From Chloroflexota bacterium (GTDB taxonomy: Bacteria; Chloroflexota; Limnocylindria; Limnocylindrales; Limnocylindraceae): DNA of 52,001 nt. Within the stretch, counting starts at the first letter, position 1, and every line of letters begins with the position of its first letter. The stretch is taken from positions 1 to 52,001 of the forward strand of contig JAPLHQ010000018.1 in assembly GCA_026389555.1 (NCBI GenBank), written 5' to 3'. The notes beneath the pieces were generated by a model that made no database searches, was not told where the DNA came from, and was given only the letters and a program-made list of their open reading frames with translations. Positions 12,723 to 21,430 of the stretch are shown in pieces. A program made the position numbers and the translations under genes.

Positions 12723-13622
12723 ATGAAGATCGGATTCATCGGCCTAGGGAAGATGGGCGGCAATATGGTGAAGCGCCTCCTTCGTGGTGGACACGAGGTG
12801 GCGATCTGGAATCGCTCACGCGAGAAGACTGACGAGATCGCCAAGGATGGCGCAACTCCCACCTACACGGTGAAGGATCTCGTTGCGGCGCTCCCCTCCC
12901 CTCGACGCGTCTGGGTGATGGTGCCGAGCGGCGATGCCACCGAAGCGATGATCGACGAACTGATCCCGCTTCTCGCCAAGGGCGACACGATCATTGATGG
13001 CGGGAATTCGAACTTTCACGACACGATTCGCCGTCACGAGAAGCTCGCAGGTCACGGCATCCACTTCATCGACGCGGGGACGTCGGGTGGTGTCTGGGGA
13101 CTAGAGAACGGCTACTGCATGATGGTTGGCGGGGACGAAGCGCCAGTGAAGGCGATGGAGCCGATCTTCCTGACCCTTGCGCCAAAGGATGGCTACATGC
13201 ACTGCGGCGCATCTGGTGCTGGCCACTACGTGAAGATGGTGCACAATGGGATCGAATACGGACTAATGCAGGCGTACGCCGAAGGCTTTGAGATCCTTGC
13301 GAAGTCGCGCTACAAGGTTGACCTTGCGCAGGTTTCCGACCTCTGGATGCAGGGCTCCGTTGTGCGCAGCTGGCTCCTTGAGCTCGCAGGGCGCGCCTTC
13401 CGTGCAGAGGGGAACGAGTTGAAGTCGATCAAGGGTTGGGTCGCCGATTCGGGCGAAGGACGTTGGACGGTGCAGGAGGCGATTGACCTTGATGTCCCGG
13501 CGCCACTCATCACCCTCTCACTCCTCACGCGATTCCGATCACGCCAAGAAGACTCATACAGCGCAAAGGTGCTCGCGGCACTTCGCAATCAGTTCGGCGG
13601 GCACGCGGTGAAGCCGGAGTGA
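12723..13622 (+). CDS. gnd: 6-phosphogluconate dehydrogenase (decarboxylating), short ~300-aa form
   Basis: Rossmann N-terminus MKIGFIGLGKMGGNM, and GAGHYVKMVHNGIEYGLMQAYAEG. GAGGAGG Shine-Dalgarno motif upstream. Confidence 0.88.
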   Translation: MKIGFIGLGKMGGNMVKRLLRGGHEVAIWNRSREKTDEIAKDGATPTYTVKDLVAALPSPRRVWVMVPSGDATEAMIDELIPLLAKGDTIIDGGNSNFHDTIRRHEKLAGHGIHFIDAGTSGGVWGLENGYCMMVGGDEAPVKAMEPIFLTLAPKDGYMHCGASGAGHYVKMVHNGIEYGLMQAYAEGFEILAKSRYKVDLAQVSDLWMQGSVVRSWLLELAGRAFRAEGNELKSIKGWVADSGEGRWTVQEAIDLDVPAPLITLSLLTRFRSRQEDSYSAKVLAALRNQFGGHAVKPE

Positions 13623-15235
13623 AGAGCGGTAAGGCAGGCGAAGGGGGCGGCGCAATCCGCGATCTGCGCATTGCACATAAAGGGAAGAAGGCAACGCCAA
13701 AGCGCAGTGGCAAGAATCCGCTCCGCTCTGGACTTCGCATTGAGCGCGTCCCAGATCCAAACATCGTTGTCCTCTTTGGTGCAACGGGGGACCTCGCGCA
13801 TCGCAAGGTCGTCCCGGCCCTCTACCACCTCTGGGCTGGCGACCTCCTCCCTGAGCGATTCGCTCTTGTCTGCTTCGGGCGACGCGAGGCGAGCGACGAG
13901 TCGATGCGCAGCGAGCTTCGCGCCTCACTCGAGAAACATGCGCGCGTTCAGCCGATTGATGAGGCGCGCTGGAAAGAATTCGCCTCGCGCATTAGTTATT
14001 TCAAGGGTGCGTTTGACGACCCAGCGTCGTACGCTGCGCTGAGCCGCCAACTTGATGCGATCGACGCGAGCTCTGGAACAAACGGGAACCGACTCTTCTA
14101 TCTCGCCACACCCGCTTCCTCATTCCCTGAGATCGTCCGCGGCCTTGGTGCCGCTGGGCTTGATCATGAGACCAGCGAGAGCGGCTGGCGACGCGTCGTC
14201 ATTGAGAAGCCGTTCGGCCGCGACCTTGAGTCGGCGGTGAAGCTCAACCGTGAAGTTGGGAAGGTCTTCCGCGAGAGTCAGGTCTACCGCATTGATCATT
14301 ACCTTGGAAAAGAGACGGTACGCAACATCCTCATCTTCCGTTTCGGCAACCTGATCTTTGAGCCGATCTGGCACCGCCGCTACATCGACCACATCCAGAT
14401 CACCGTGGCTGAGTCAATCGGCGTAGAGAGCCGTGGTGCCTTCTACGAGGAGACTGGTGCGCTCCGCGACATTTTGCAGAACCACCTCCTCCAGCTCCTC
14501 ACCCTCGTTGCGATGGAGCCGCCAGCAACCCTTGATGCAGAGGCGCTGCGCGATGAGAAGGTGAAGGTGCTGCGTGCCGTGCGGCTCATGAGCCCTGAGC
14601 AGGTTGATGGCCACGTCGTGCGTGGCCAGTACGGCCCAGGCTGGATCGGCGCAACAGAGGTCGCAGGCTATCGTGGCGAACCGGCTGTAGATCCTGCATC
14701 CGAGACGGAGACATTCGTTGCGGCACGCTTTGAGATTGATGACTGGCGCTGGGCAGGCGTCCCCTTCTACCTGCGCGCAGGGAAGCGACTCCCGAAGCGC
14801 GCAACGGAGATCGCGATCCAGTTCAAGGATGTGCCTCAGCGCCTCTTCTCACAGACTGGCGATGCTCCAGAGTCGAACATGCTCGTGATCCGGATTCAGC
14901 CAGATGAGGGGATCCTGCTCCGCTTCGCTGCAAAGGTGCCAGGGCTCGGCACCGATGTTCGCCCCGTCAATATGGACTTTGCATACGGCTCCGCCTTCTC
15001 AGTAGAGAGTCCAGACGCCTACGAAACACTGATCCTTGACGCCCTCCTAGGTGACGCCTCGCTCTTCACGCGCGCCGATGAGGTGGAGGCGGCTTGGCGC
15101 ATCGTTGATCCCATCATGGAGTCCTGGCTCGCCGGTCCTGAGCCACACCTTCCAAACTACGCCGCAGGGACGTGGGGTCCTGAAGAGGCGGATGCGCTGC
15201 TCACCCGCGAGGGGCGACGCTGGCGCAGGCTCTAA
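13619..15235 (+). CDS. zwf: glucose-6-phosphate dehydrogenase
   Basis: FGATGDLAHRK, RIDHYLGKE and EKPFG motifs. The GTG start overlaps the gnd TGA stop (GTGA at 13619-13622). This leaves an unusually long basic N-terminal leader of about 50 aa, so the true start may lie further downstream. Confidence 0.93.
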   Translation: MKSGKAGEGGGAIRDLRIAHKGKKATPKRSGKNPLRSGLRIERVPDPNIVVLFGATGDLAHRKVVPALYHLWAGDLLPERFALVCFGRREASDESMRSELRASLEKHARVQPIDEARWKEFASRISYFKGAFDDPASYAALSRQLDAIDASSGTNGNRLFYLATPASSFPEIVRGLGAAGLDHETSESGWRRVVIEKPFGRDLESAVKLNREVGKVFRESQVYRIDHYLGKETVRNILIFRFGNLIFEPIWHRRYIDHIQITVAESIGVESRGAFYEETGALRDILQNHLLQLLTLVAMEPPATLDAEALRDEKVKVLRAVRLMSPEQVDGHVVRGQYGPGWIGATEVAGYRGEPAVDPASETETFVAARFEIDDWRWAGVPFYLRAGKRLPKRATEIAIQFKDVPQRLFSQTGDAPESNMLVIRIQPDEGILLRFAAKVPGLGTDVRPVNMDFAYGSAFSVESPDAYETLILDALLGDASLFTRADEVEAAWRIVDPIMESWLAGPEPHLPNYAAGTWGPEEADALLTREGRRWRRL

Positions 15236-15240
15236 CGCCG

Positions 15241-16416
15241 ATGGGCCTCACCGCTACCGAACTCTCCGCACTCCGTTGGAAGTCAACTGCAACATCTGTT
15301 GCTGAAGCTGACGCCCTTCTCGCCCGACTCTGGGGCAGCACAGAGTCGCGACAGGAGATCACTGGCGACCTGATCAAGGACGCTGATGGGAAGACGCCGA
15401 TCGCCGTGCGCACTGGCGTCATGAACCTTGTCGTTGTAGCGCCAGGTGCAGAGCGTGCGGTTGGCGCCGCGAGCGCGCTGAGCAGCCTGCCGCGCAATCC
15501 GTCGCGCACCCTCTTCATTGTGCCGCGAGATCCAGAGGGGCCACCAACCTTTAGTGCGCGACTTGAGATCTTCTGCGCGGTGACGCCGCGTGGTGATGGA
15601 ACCTCCGCCTGCACCGAACTCCTCTGGATTGATGCAAGCGGCGAGGCGGGGCGCCACCTCTCCAGCATGGTGCCGCAACTATCGCTTCATGATCTCCCCA
15701 CTCTTCTCTGGTGGGATCACACGATTGATCCGTCGAGCCAAGACCTAAAGGAGCTGCTCCGCGGAGTTGATCGTGCCCTCTTCAACGGTTCAGATCAACG
15801 AGGTGCCGGAATCAACGTGGTGAGTGATCTCGTGAAGGTGGCAGCGTCAACCGGCACTGCGCTGAGCGACTTCTCGCTGATTCGGCAGGCGCGATGGCGC
15901 GACGCAGTGGCGAGCGCCTTTGACGAACCAGAGATCGCGCCATACCTGCACTCGTTAACCGAGATTCGCGCAACCTATTCATCAGGGAGTAACAGCAGTG
16001 CGCCGGTGAACATCGTGAAGCCCACCTATCACCTTGCATGGCTCACCTCGCGCCTCGGCGCGACAGTAATCACGCCGCTCAACAACGCAAGTGGGGCGTG
16101 GAGCGGCCTGATCAGTGATGCGGGGCAGCGCATTGCGCTGAAGCTTGAGCCTGTCGTCGACGCTGGCCACTCGGGCACAACGCTCGCACTACACCTCAAG
16201 GGTGAGCGGCGTGGCAGCACCCTAGAACTTACCGTCCGTGCTGACGGTGCAACGACGCAGGTTCAGGCAACGATCAACGGCACGCTCGTTAATGAGCGCA
16301 TCTTTCGTGCAAAGCGCGCCACAGACGCCGAACTGCTCAGCAGCGCCCTTGAACTCGGCGAGGTTGATCCGCTCTCGCCGTCGATCTTGCGCACCTTCGT
16401 CCAGCTCGTCGGATGA
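15241..16416 (+). CDS. opcA: glucose-6-phosphate dehydrogenase assembly protein OpcA
   Basis: Sits immediately after zwf. OpcA-like blocks are present: NLVVVAP, NPSRTLFIV and LHDLPTLLWW. Confidence 0.85.
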   Translation: MGLTATELSALRWKSTATSVAEADALLARLWGSTESRQEITGDLIKDADGKTPIAVRTGVMNLVVVAPGAERAVGAASALSSLPRNPSRTLFIVPRDPEGPPTFSARLEIFCAVTPRGDGTSACTELLWIDASGEAGRHLSSMVPQLSLHDLPTLLWWDHTIDPSSQDLKELLRGVDRALFNGSDQRGAGINVVSDLVKVAASTGTALSDFSLIRQARWRDAVASAFDEPEIAPYLHSLTEIRATYSSGSNSSAPVNIVKPTYHLAWLTSRLGATVITPLNNASGAWSGLISDAGQRIALKLEPVVDAGHSGTTLALHLKGERRGSTLELTVRADGATTQVQATINGTLVNERIFRAKRATDAELLSSALELGEVDPLSPSILRTFVQLVG

Positions 16417-17177
16417 GCGAACTGCCAGTGCGACGTATTGTTGACGACGCTGCGGCTGCGGCAATCGCAACGGCAGAACTCGTCATCGCTGCCGCGCAGC
16501 ACGCAGTAGACGAGCGTGGCGTCTTTCACCTCTGCACGACGGGGGGAAGCACTCCAGCCGCACTCTATGCGGCACTTCGGGAGCCAGAGCGCGCGGCACG
16601 CATGCCGTGGGGCGCTACGCAGATCTGGTTCGGTGATGATCGTCACGTCCCCCGCACCAGCTCACTCTCCAACCTCGCCCCCCTTGATGCGGTGCTACTC
16701 GCGAGGGACAGCCACGGAGTGACCTCCCCGATCGTCAACGACCAAGTGCACCCATGGCCAACTGATGAAGATGGCCCGAAGGCGGTGAGCGACTATCTTG
16801 CAGCCGCTCGCGCCGCGAAGATCCAACACACCCCTGAAGGTTTCCCGCAGTTTGATCTTGTGCTGATCGGCATTGGCGGCGACTCCCACTGTCTCAGTGT
16901 CTTCCCTGGCTCTCCGCTCACCGCCAGCAACGCACCAGTCGCCGCTCCAGTACCCGCACCAACGCACATTGAGCCGCATGTGCCGCGGCTCTCCTTCTCG
17001 CTCGGCCTCCTCTCGGCTGCACGCGCCGTCTGCGCCACGGTTGTTGGGGCTGGCAAGAGCGCCGCTCTTGCGCGGATCCTCAACGGCGAGGGGACGTTGA
17101 GCGAGGTTCCGGCCAAGGCGGCACTCACCTCAACCGCCACTTGGATCATCGACCGCGCCGCAGCAGCCGATCTTTAG
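16413..17177 (+). CDS. pgl: 6-phosphogluconolactonase
   Basis: LCTTGGSTPAALYAAL and IWFGDDRHVP motifs. 4-nt overlap with opcA. Confidence 0.9.
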   Translation: MSELPVRRIVDDAAAAAIATAELVIAAAQHAVDERGVFHLCTTGGSTPAALYAALREPERAARMPWGATQIWFGDDRHVPRTSSLSNLAPLDAVLLARDSHGVTSPIVNDQVHPWPTDEDGPKAVSDYLAAARAAKIQHTPEGFPQFDLVLIGIGGDSHCLSVFPGSPLTASNAPVAAPVPAPTHIEPHVPRLSFSLGLLSAARAVCATVVGAGKSAALARILNGEGTLSEVPAKAALTSTATWIIDRAAAADL

Positions 17178-17181
17178 CCAA

Positions 17182-17937
17182 CTACGGGACAGTAATTCCC
17201 CACTTTGTCCCGAGCGCGCGAATCACACTCGTCCGTTCGGTTGCGGTAAGCGCACGATCCCAAATCACCACCTCAGAGAGGGAGGCGCGGAGATAGCGCA
17301 TTGCCGCTGATGAATAGATCACGCCAACATGCGTTGCGCTATCGCTGCTGCTGTAACTGAATGAGTACTCTGTTCCTCCATTAATAGAGGCGTAATCAGT
17401 ACCTGCACTATTCATGCGAATCATCAAGATCGCATTCGTGTTGATTGACCCAATGATTCCCGAGAGGATGCTCCCCCCTCCGTTAATTGCACGGAGCCGC
17501 TTTGCATCAACAACGAGCCCGGTTGCACGGTCCGTCTTGCCGAGAAGCGGGTGATATCCCGTGTCACTCCCCCCTCGCATGACGAAGAACGCGGTCATTG
17601 AGTTAAGCGGGATCGGCTGCGCAAGGGCGAGCCCGTTATCCTCAAAGATCAGTTGCGCCCTCCCTGAGACGGCCGTTGCGTACGGCGCCACACCAGATGT
17701 GAGGGCCGTGAGGTGCCGCGCCTCTCCCGACTTATCAAACCAGAAGCGCACGCGTGGCGCGAGACCAAGGGTTGCCGTCTCCGAGCTATCAACCCAGAGT
17801 CGCAGCCCGCTGCTGCTCACACTGCCGAGCGTTGGAATCGTCCCTCCGCTCATCGGAAGGCTCAGCAAAGCACTCCACTGCGCGGCCACGCTCGTCATCA
17901 AGATGAGCAAGGCGAGGACAATGTGCCGACCAGTCAC
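17182..17937 (-). CDS. secreted LamG/concanavalin-A-like lectin domain protein
   Basis: N-terminal signal-like segment IVLALLILMTSVAAQW. The C-terminal motif LSEVVIWDRALTATERTSV is typical of LamG_3 domains. The GTG start overlaps the upstream peptidase TGA stop (GTGA). Confidence 0.6.
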   Translation of the reverse strand: MTGRHIVLALLILMTSVAAQWSALLSLPMSGGTIPTLGSVSSSGLRLWVDSSETATLGLAPRVRFWFDKSGEARHLTALTSGVAPYATAVSGRAQLIFEDNGLALAQPIPLNSMTAFFVMRGGSDTGYHPLLGKTDRATGLVVDAKRLRAINGGGSILSGIIGSINTNAILMIRMNSAGTDYASINGGTEYSFSYSSSDSATHVGVIYSSAAMRYLRASLSEVVIWDRALTATERTSVIRALGTKWGITVP

Positions 17938-18788
17938 GTTGGTCCCCAGAGCAACGGCAGCGTGAGACTCCCCCCGGTTGCAGCGGGGACACCAAGAAGT
18001 GTCACCTTCACCTCGCAGCGAAGGCCGCTCCGGGCTGCCGCTGCGCTCTGCTCCGTTAAGAGTCCACTCGCCTGATCACTCCCGCTCCACTCCGCTGTGA
18101 ATCGGTCACTCGTCTGGGTCCATACGCCTCCGGTAAGTCCTTGACACCTCGTTGCGATACGCAGCGCGCGTGCGAGTGCCTGTGAGGCATCCCCAACGCT
18201 GCCCGTTGGCGGAAGGAGTGCCGCGAAGCCAACAGGATCTATGCGCAGCGCATATGTTGCCGCACAGCGTGAACCGCTTACGCCACATGCGGAAAGGGTG
18301 ATACTCCAGAGTGCGTAGCCGCCAGGAAGGAGCCTCCCTTGCGCATCTGCGCCGGAGATGGAGCGCGCACCCTGCTCCGCCACGACCCCCCCACTACTTT
18401 TCAGTGAGACGCTAACCGGCAGCGATGCGGTGAAGCTCGCCGCCGTGCGTATGGCACGGAACAGGTGGGATGTTGGGATGACGAGAGCGAGCTGGCCCAG
18501 TACGTCGCTACGCTGCACTGGTCGGCTGTCACCGCTGAGGCTCGCGTCGCCCTGCATCCAGAGTTGCTCACCGCTCATCGCCCGTAACCGATGAAGCAAG
18601 CGACGTTCACCATCACGAACTAGCAGGATGCTCCCAATGCGTAGTTGATCAGTTGGCGGACCGATCGTCACCACGCTGTCGCCTGCGCGAATGCTCGGCG
18701 CCATTGACTCTCCATCAACGATGGAGAGTCGCACGTTAAAGAGCGCGCAGGCAGCGCCGATCACGATGGCGACGAGCACGGTACGCAC
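17934..18788 (-). CDS. SipW-type (Ser/His, ER/archaeal-like) signal peptidase I fused to a ~180-aa C-terminal TasA-like domain
   Basis: N-terminal TM helix, then catalytic-Ser box VDGESMAPS, His box RLLHRL and MQGDASLSGDSRPV. The S26 core ends near residue 105. The remaining roughly 180 aa begin AASFTASLPVSVSL and contain a GAD...LPGG...SITLS block resembling the neighbouring gene. Confidence 0.7.
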   Translation of the reverse strand: MRTVLVAIVIGAACALFNVRLSIVDGESMAPSIRAGDSVVTIGPPTDQLRIGSILLVRDGERRLLHRLRAMSGEQLWMQGDASLSGDSRPVQRSDVLGQLALVIPTSHLFRAIRTAASFTASLPVSVSLKSSGGVVAEQGARSISGADAQGRLLPGGYALWSITLSACGVSGSRCAATYALRIDPVGFAALLPPTGSVGDASQALARALRIATRCQGLTGGVWTQTSDRFTAEWSGSDQASGLLTEQSAAAARSGLRCEVKVTLLGVPAATGGSLTLPLLWGPT

Positions 18789-18790
18789 CG

Positions 18791-19405
18791 CTACTGCGTG
18801 ACGTTGCGCGCCTCAAAGATCAGGGTGATCCCGGCGGAAGAGTCTGCCCCGTCCGTTGCGCTTGCTGGGAGGCTGATCGTGAACGTGTAGACGGCACGAG
18901 TGGCGTTGATCCCGGTGAGCGAGCCGCCGTTCTCCGATCGCCAGAGAGACCCGATCGGTGATGTGAAGGAGGCTGCCGCAGCGAGGCCCGCAAAGCTCCC
19001 TGAGTAGATAGTTTCTGGCGTCCTGCCACCAATTGACCGTGTGATCTGTACCTGCAGTGCCCCACCTAGCCCAGCGCTATTGAGCGGCGTTCCACTCGAA
19101 TCAGCCCGGAGCGCGATCTCCGTGTAGGCCGTTGGGAGTGTGACCGTTGACGCGTTGGTAACGGTGACGCTCTGGGTAAGCGTTGTCCCTGGGCCGATCG
19201 CTGAAAGGTCTGCGCCGCCGAAGGTGAGGCTACTCACATCGCCTGCGCTGAGCTCTACTCTTCCGCTCTCAAGCAGCGCATCGACCGGTTGTGTTGCGGT
19301 AAATGCGGCGCTGGTGCTGCTTATGGTTACTACAAGGGCAAGCACCGCTCCACACGCGGCGCCCGCGAGTCGCCAGTGCCTTAGGCCATCCACGCCTTTG
19401 CTCAT
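18791..19405 (-). CDS. TasA/camelysin-like secreted protein with SipW-cognate-type signal peptide
   Basis: Signal region RHWRLAGAACGAVLALVVTISSTSAAFTATQP (compare B. subtilis TasA GGGTWAAFND). ESGRVELSAGD compares with TasA ASGTLDLSAKE. Also an IGPGTTLTQSVTVTN block and a C-terminal ITLIFEARNV. GAGGAG Shine-Dalgarno motif 6 nt before the ATG. Confidence 0.62.
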   Translation of the reverse strand: MSKGVDGLRHWRLAGAACGAVLALVVTISSTSAAFTATQPVDALLESGRVELSAGDVSSLTFGGADLSAIGPGTTLTQSVTVTNASTVTLPTAYTEIALRADSSGTPLNSAGLGGALQVQITRSIGGRTPETIYSGSFAGLAAAASFTSPIGSLWRSENGGSLTGINATRAVYTFTISLPASATDGADSSAGITLIFEARNVTQ

Positions 19406-19515
19406 TCGTCACTCCTCTCGGCGAAGTGGCGGAGGTGAGGCGGCTCAGCATCCTCACATACGGCGGATATTGTGCGCGTACGCCCCACCCCCTCGCATCG
19501 GCTAGGATTCCGCGG

Positions 19516-20100
19516 ATGGCTGCTCAACGGATCCCATGGCTCCACGTGATTGCTGGCTGCATGAGCAGCGGCAAGACGGCCGAGGTCGTCCGCCTCCTCA
19601 GCAGGCGCGAGATCGCCGGGCAGAGCGTGCTCCTGATCACGCCTGCGCGAGACACCCGAGTAGCCCCAGGTGAAGTGGTGAGCCGCACCGGTACGCGCTT
19701 CCCAAGCGTGGTGGCGGCAGATGCGAGCGCCATCCGGACAGAGGTGCTGAAGCGCAATCCGGATGCGGTGGCAATCGAGGAGGCGCAGTTCTTCGGGGCT
19801 GACCTCCCAGGGATCATTGAAGAACTCGTCGCGGGACCTCGGACCGTGATCGTGAGTGGCCTTGACCAAGACTTTGCGGGGCGCCCATTCGCAACGATCC
19901 CTGAACTCTTGGCCCGTGCCGATGAAGTGACGAAGTTGACGGCGATCTGCGTCAACTGCGGCGCTGAAGCAACTCGAACCCAGCGCATGCGCAACGGTCA
20001 ACCGGCCAGCGTCAGTGACGAGCTGATCGTCATCGGCGGTATGGGTGGCGATGACACATACGAGGCGCGCTGTCGCGCCTGCCACGTCGTCCTCCCGTAG
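19516..20100 (+). CDS. tdk: thymidine kinase
   Basis: P-loop GCMSSGKTAEVV, EAQFF, and zinc cysteines CVNCG...CRACH. ATG at 19516. ORF-track start 19303 is rejected as an extension. Confidence 0.9.
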   Translation: MAAQRIPWLHVIAGCMSSGKTAEVVRLLSRREIAGQSVLLITPARDTRVAPGEVVSRTGTRFPSVVAADASAIRTEVLKRNPDAVAIEEAQFFGADLPGIIEELVAGPRTVIVSGLDQDFAGRPFATIPELLARADEVTKLTAICVNCGAEATRTQRMRNGQPASVSDELIVIGGMGGDDTYEARCRACHVVLP

Positions 20101-20104
20101 CGCC

Positions 20105-21427
20105 GTGCCCACCTTGGGCGCACTTGATCCACGCATCGCAACTGTGGCAGAGCAAGCCGCGCGCACTGCGCCAACACCCTTCTATCTGACGAGTGAGGCG
20201 GAGATCGCAGCGGCGGCGGCGCACCTTGAGGCGGCGTTTCCTGATCCATGGGTGCGCTCGTATTCACTAAAGGCAGATCCGCTTCCAGCGATCGTTCGCC
20301 TGCTCAAAGCGCGTGGCTGGGGGGCGAACTGCGTCTCACTCGGTGAAATCAACGCAGCACGGAGCGCTGGCGTTCCAAACTCACAGATCACCCTTGAAGG
20401 GATCGGTAAGGGCCCTGAAGAGTTTGATGCCGCCATTGCAGCCGCTGCCACTGGAGCGCCGTTCCGTTGGGTTGCCATTGAGTCTCTTGATGAGGCGCGT
20501 GCGCTCGCTGCCGCAGTGCAGAAATGTCTGACTCCGCTTTCTACGTCGATTCGCGTCCTGCTCCGCTTGAACCCATCGATTGAACCAGGGACACATGCGG
20601 GCCTCGCCGTTGGACGTGGCAGCTCAAAGTTCGGATCGGATCTCGCAGAGATCACCGCAGCAGCGCGTCTGATCGCGACGAATAGTGCTGGCATCGAGTT
20701 GATCGGCATTCACCTTCACGCTGGGTCGCAACTGCGCGATCTGAAGGAGTGGCAGACCGCCGTTGAGCGCTCACTCGCCGCCTACGCTGGGCTCGTCAGC
20801 GAGGGGCTAATCACTGAGGCAACGCACCAACAGCACGGCACGCTCTGCGTAGGTGGTGGAGAGCCGGTGGCGCTTGATGGAAGTGATGATCCTGCGGCGC
20901 AGGCGCGCGCATTCCGCGCAGCGGCAGATGCCGCCTGGAACGGTGCGTCCGGTCCTGTTCCACCGGTGCGCGCAATCGAACCTGGCCGAGCACTCGTTGC
21001 GGCTGGGACGTACCTGGTCGCTCGCGTCCTCCATGTTCGCGAGCGCGCGGAAGCTGTTAGTGGTCCGCTTGCACTCCCTGGCGCGTTGGAAAGCAGCTGC
21101 GAACGACAAGTCATCCTCGACGCTGGGATGGGTGAGCTGATTCGTCCCGCTCTCTACGGCGCACGGCACCCGGTGCTGCCGATCTCGTCAGGTAGCGGCG
21201 CGGTGCGGCTAAGCGCCGTGCACGGCCCAATCTGTGAGTCCACAGATGCGCTGGGCGCACACCAGCTACCAGAGGGGATCGCACGTGGTGACCTGCTCGC
21301 AATCACGGGGGCTGGCGCCTATGCGGATGCGATGTGGAGCCCGTACAACGGTCGGCCGCGCCCAGCACGACTCCTTCTGGGCGTTAACGGTGAGCTGAGT
21401 GAACTCCGAGCGCGAGGGTTGATCTAG
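20105..21427 (+). CDS. lysA: PLP-dependent Orn/DAP/Arg decarboxylase family protein, diaminopimelate decarboxylase-like
   Basis: PFYLTSE, PLP-lysine block YSLKAD, EPGRALVA, CESTDALG and GAGAYADAMWSPYNGRP. GTG 20105 lies just after the tdk stop. ATG 20045 would overlap tdk by 56 nt. Confidence 0.75.
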   Translation: MPTLGALDPRIATVAEQAARTAPTPFYLTSEAEIAAAAAHLEAAFPDPWVRSYSLKADPLPAIVRLLKARGWGANCVSLGEINAARSAGVPNSQITLEGIGKGPEEFDAAIAAAATGAPFRWVAIESLDEARALAAAVQKCLTPLSTSIRVLLRLNPSIEPGTHAGLAVGRGSSKFGSDLAEITAAARLIATNSAGIELIGIHLHAGSQLRDLKEWQTAVERSLAAYAGLVSEGLITEATHQQHGTLCVGGGEPVALDGSDDPAAQARAFRAAADAAWNGASGPVPPVRAIEPGRALVAAGTYLVARVLHVRERAEAVSGPLALPGALESSCERQVILDAGMGELIRPALYGARHPVLPISSGSGAVRLSAVHGPICESTDALGAHQLPEGIARGDLLAITGAGAYADAMWSPYNGRPRPARLLLGVNGELSELRARGLI

Positions 21428-21430
21428 CCG

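Noticed and set aside
19402-20166. 254-aa minus-strand ORF
   Set aside because: It is antisense to thymidine kinase (P-loop, EAQFF and Zn cysteines all present on the plus strand). No motifs of its own.
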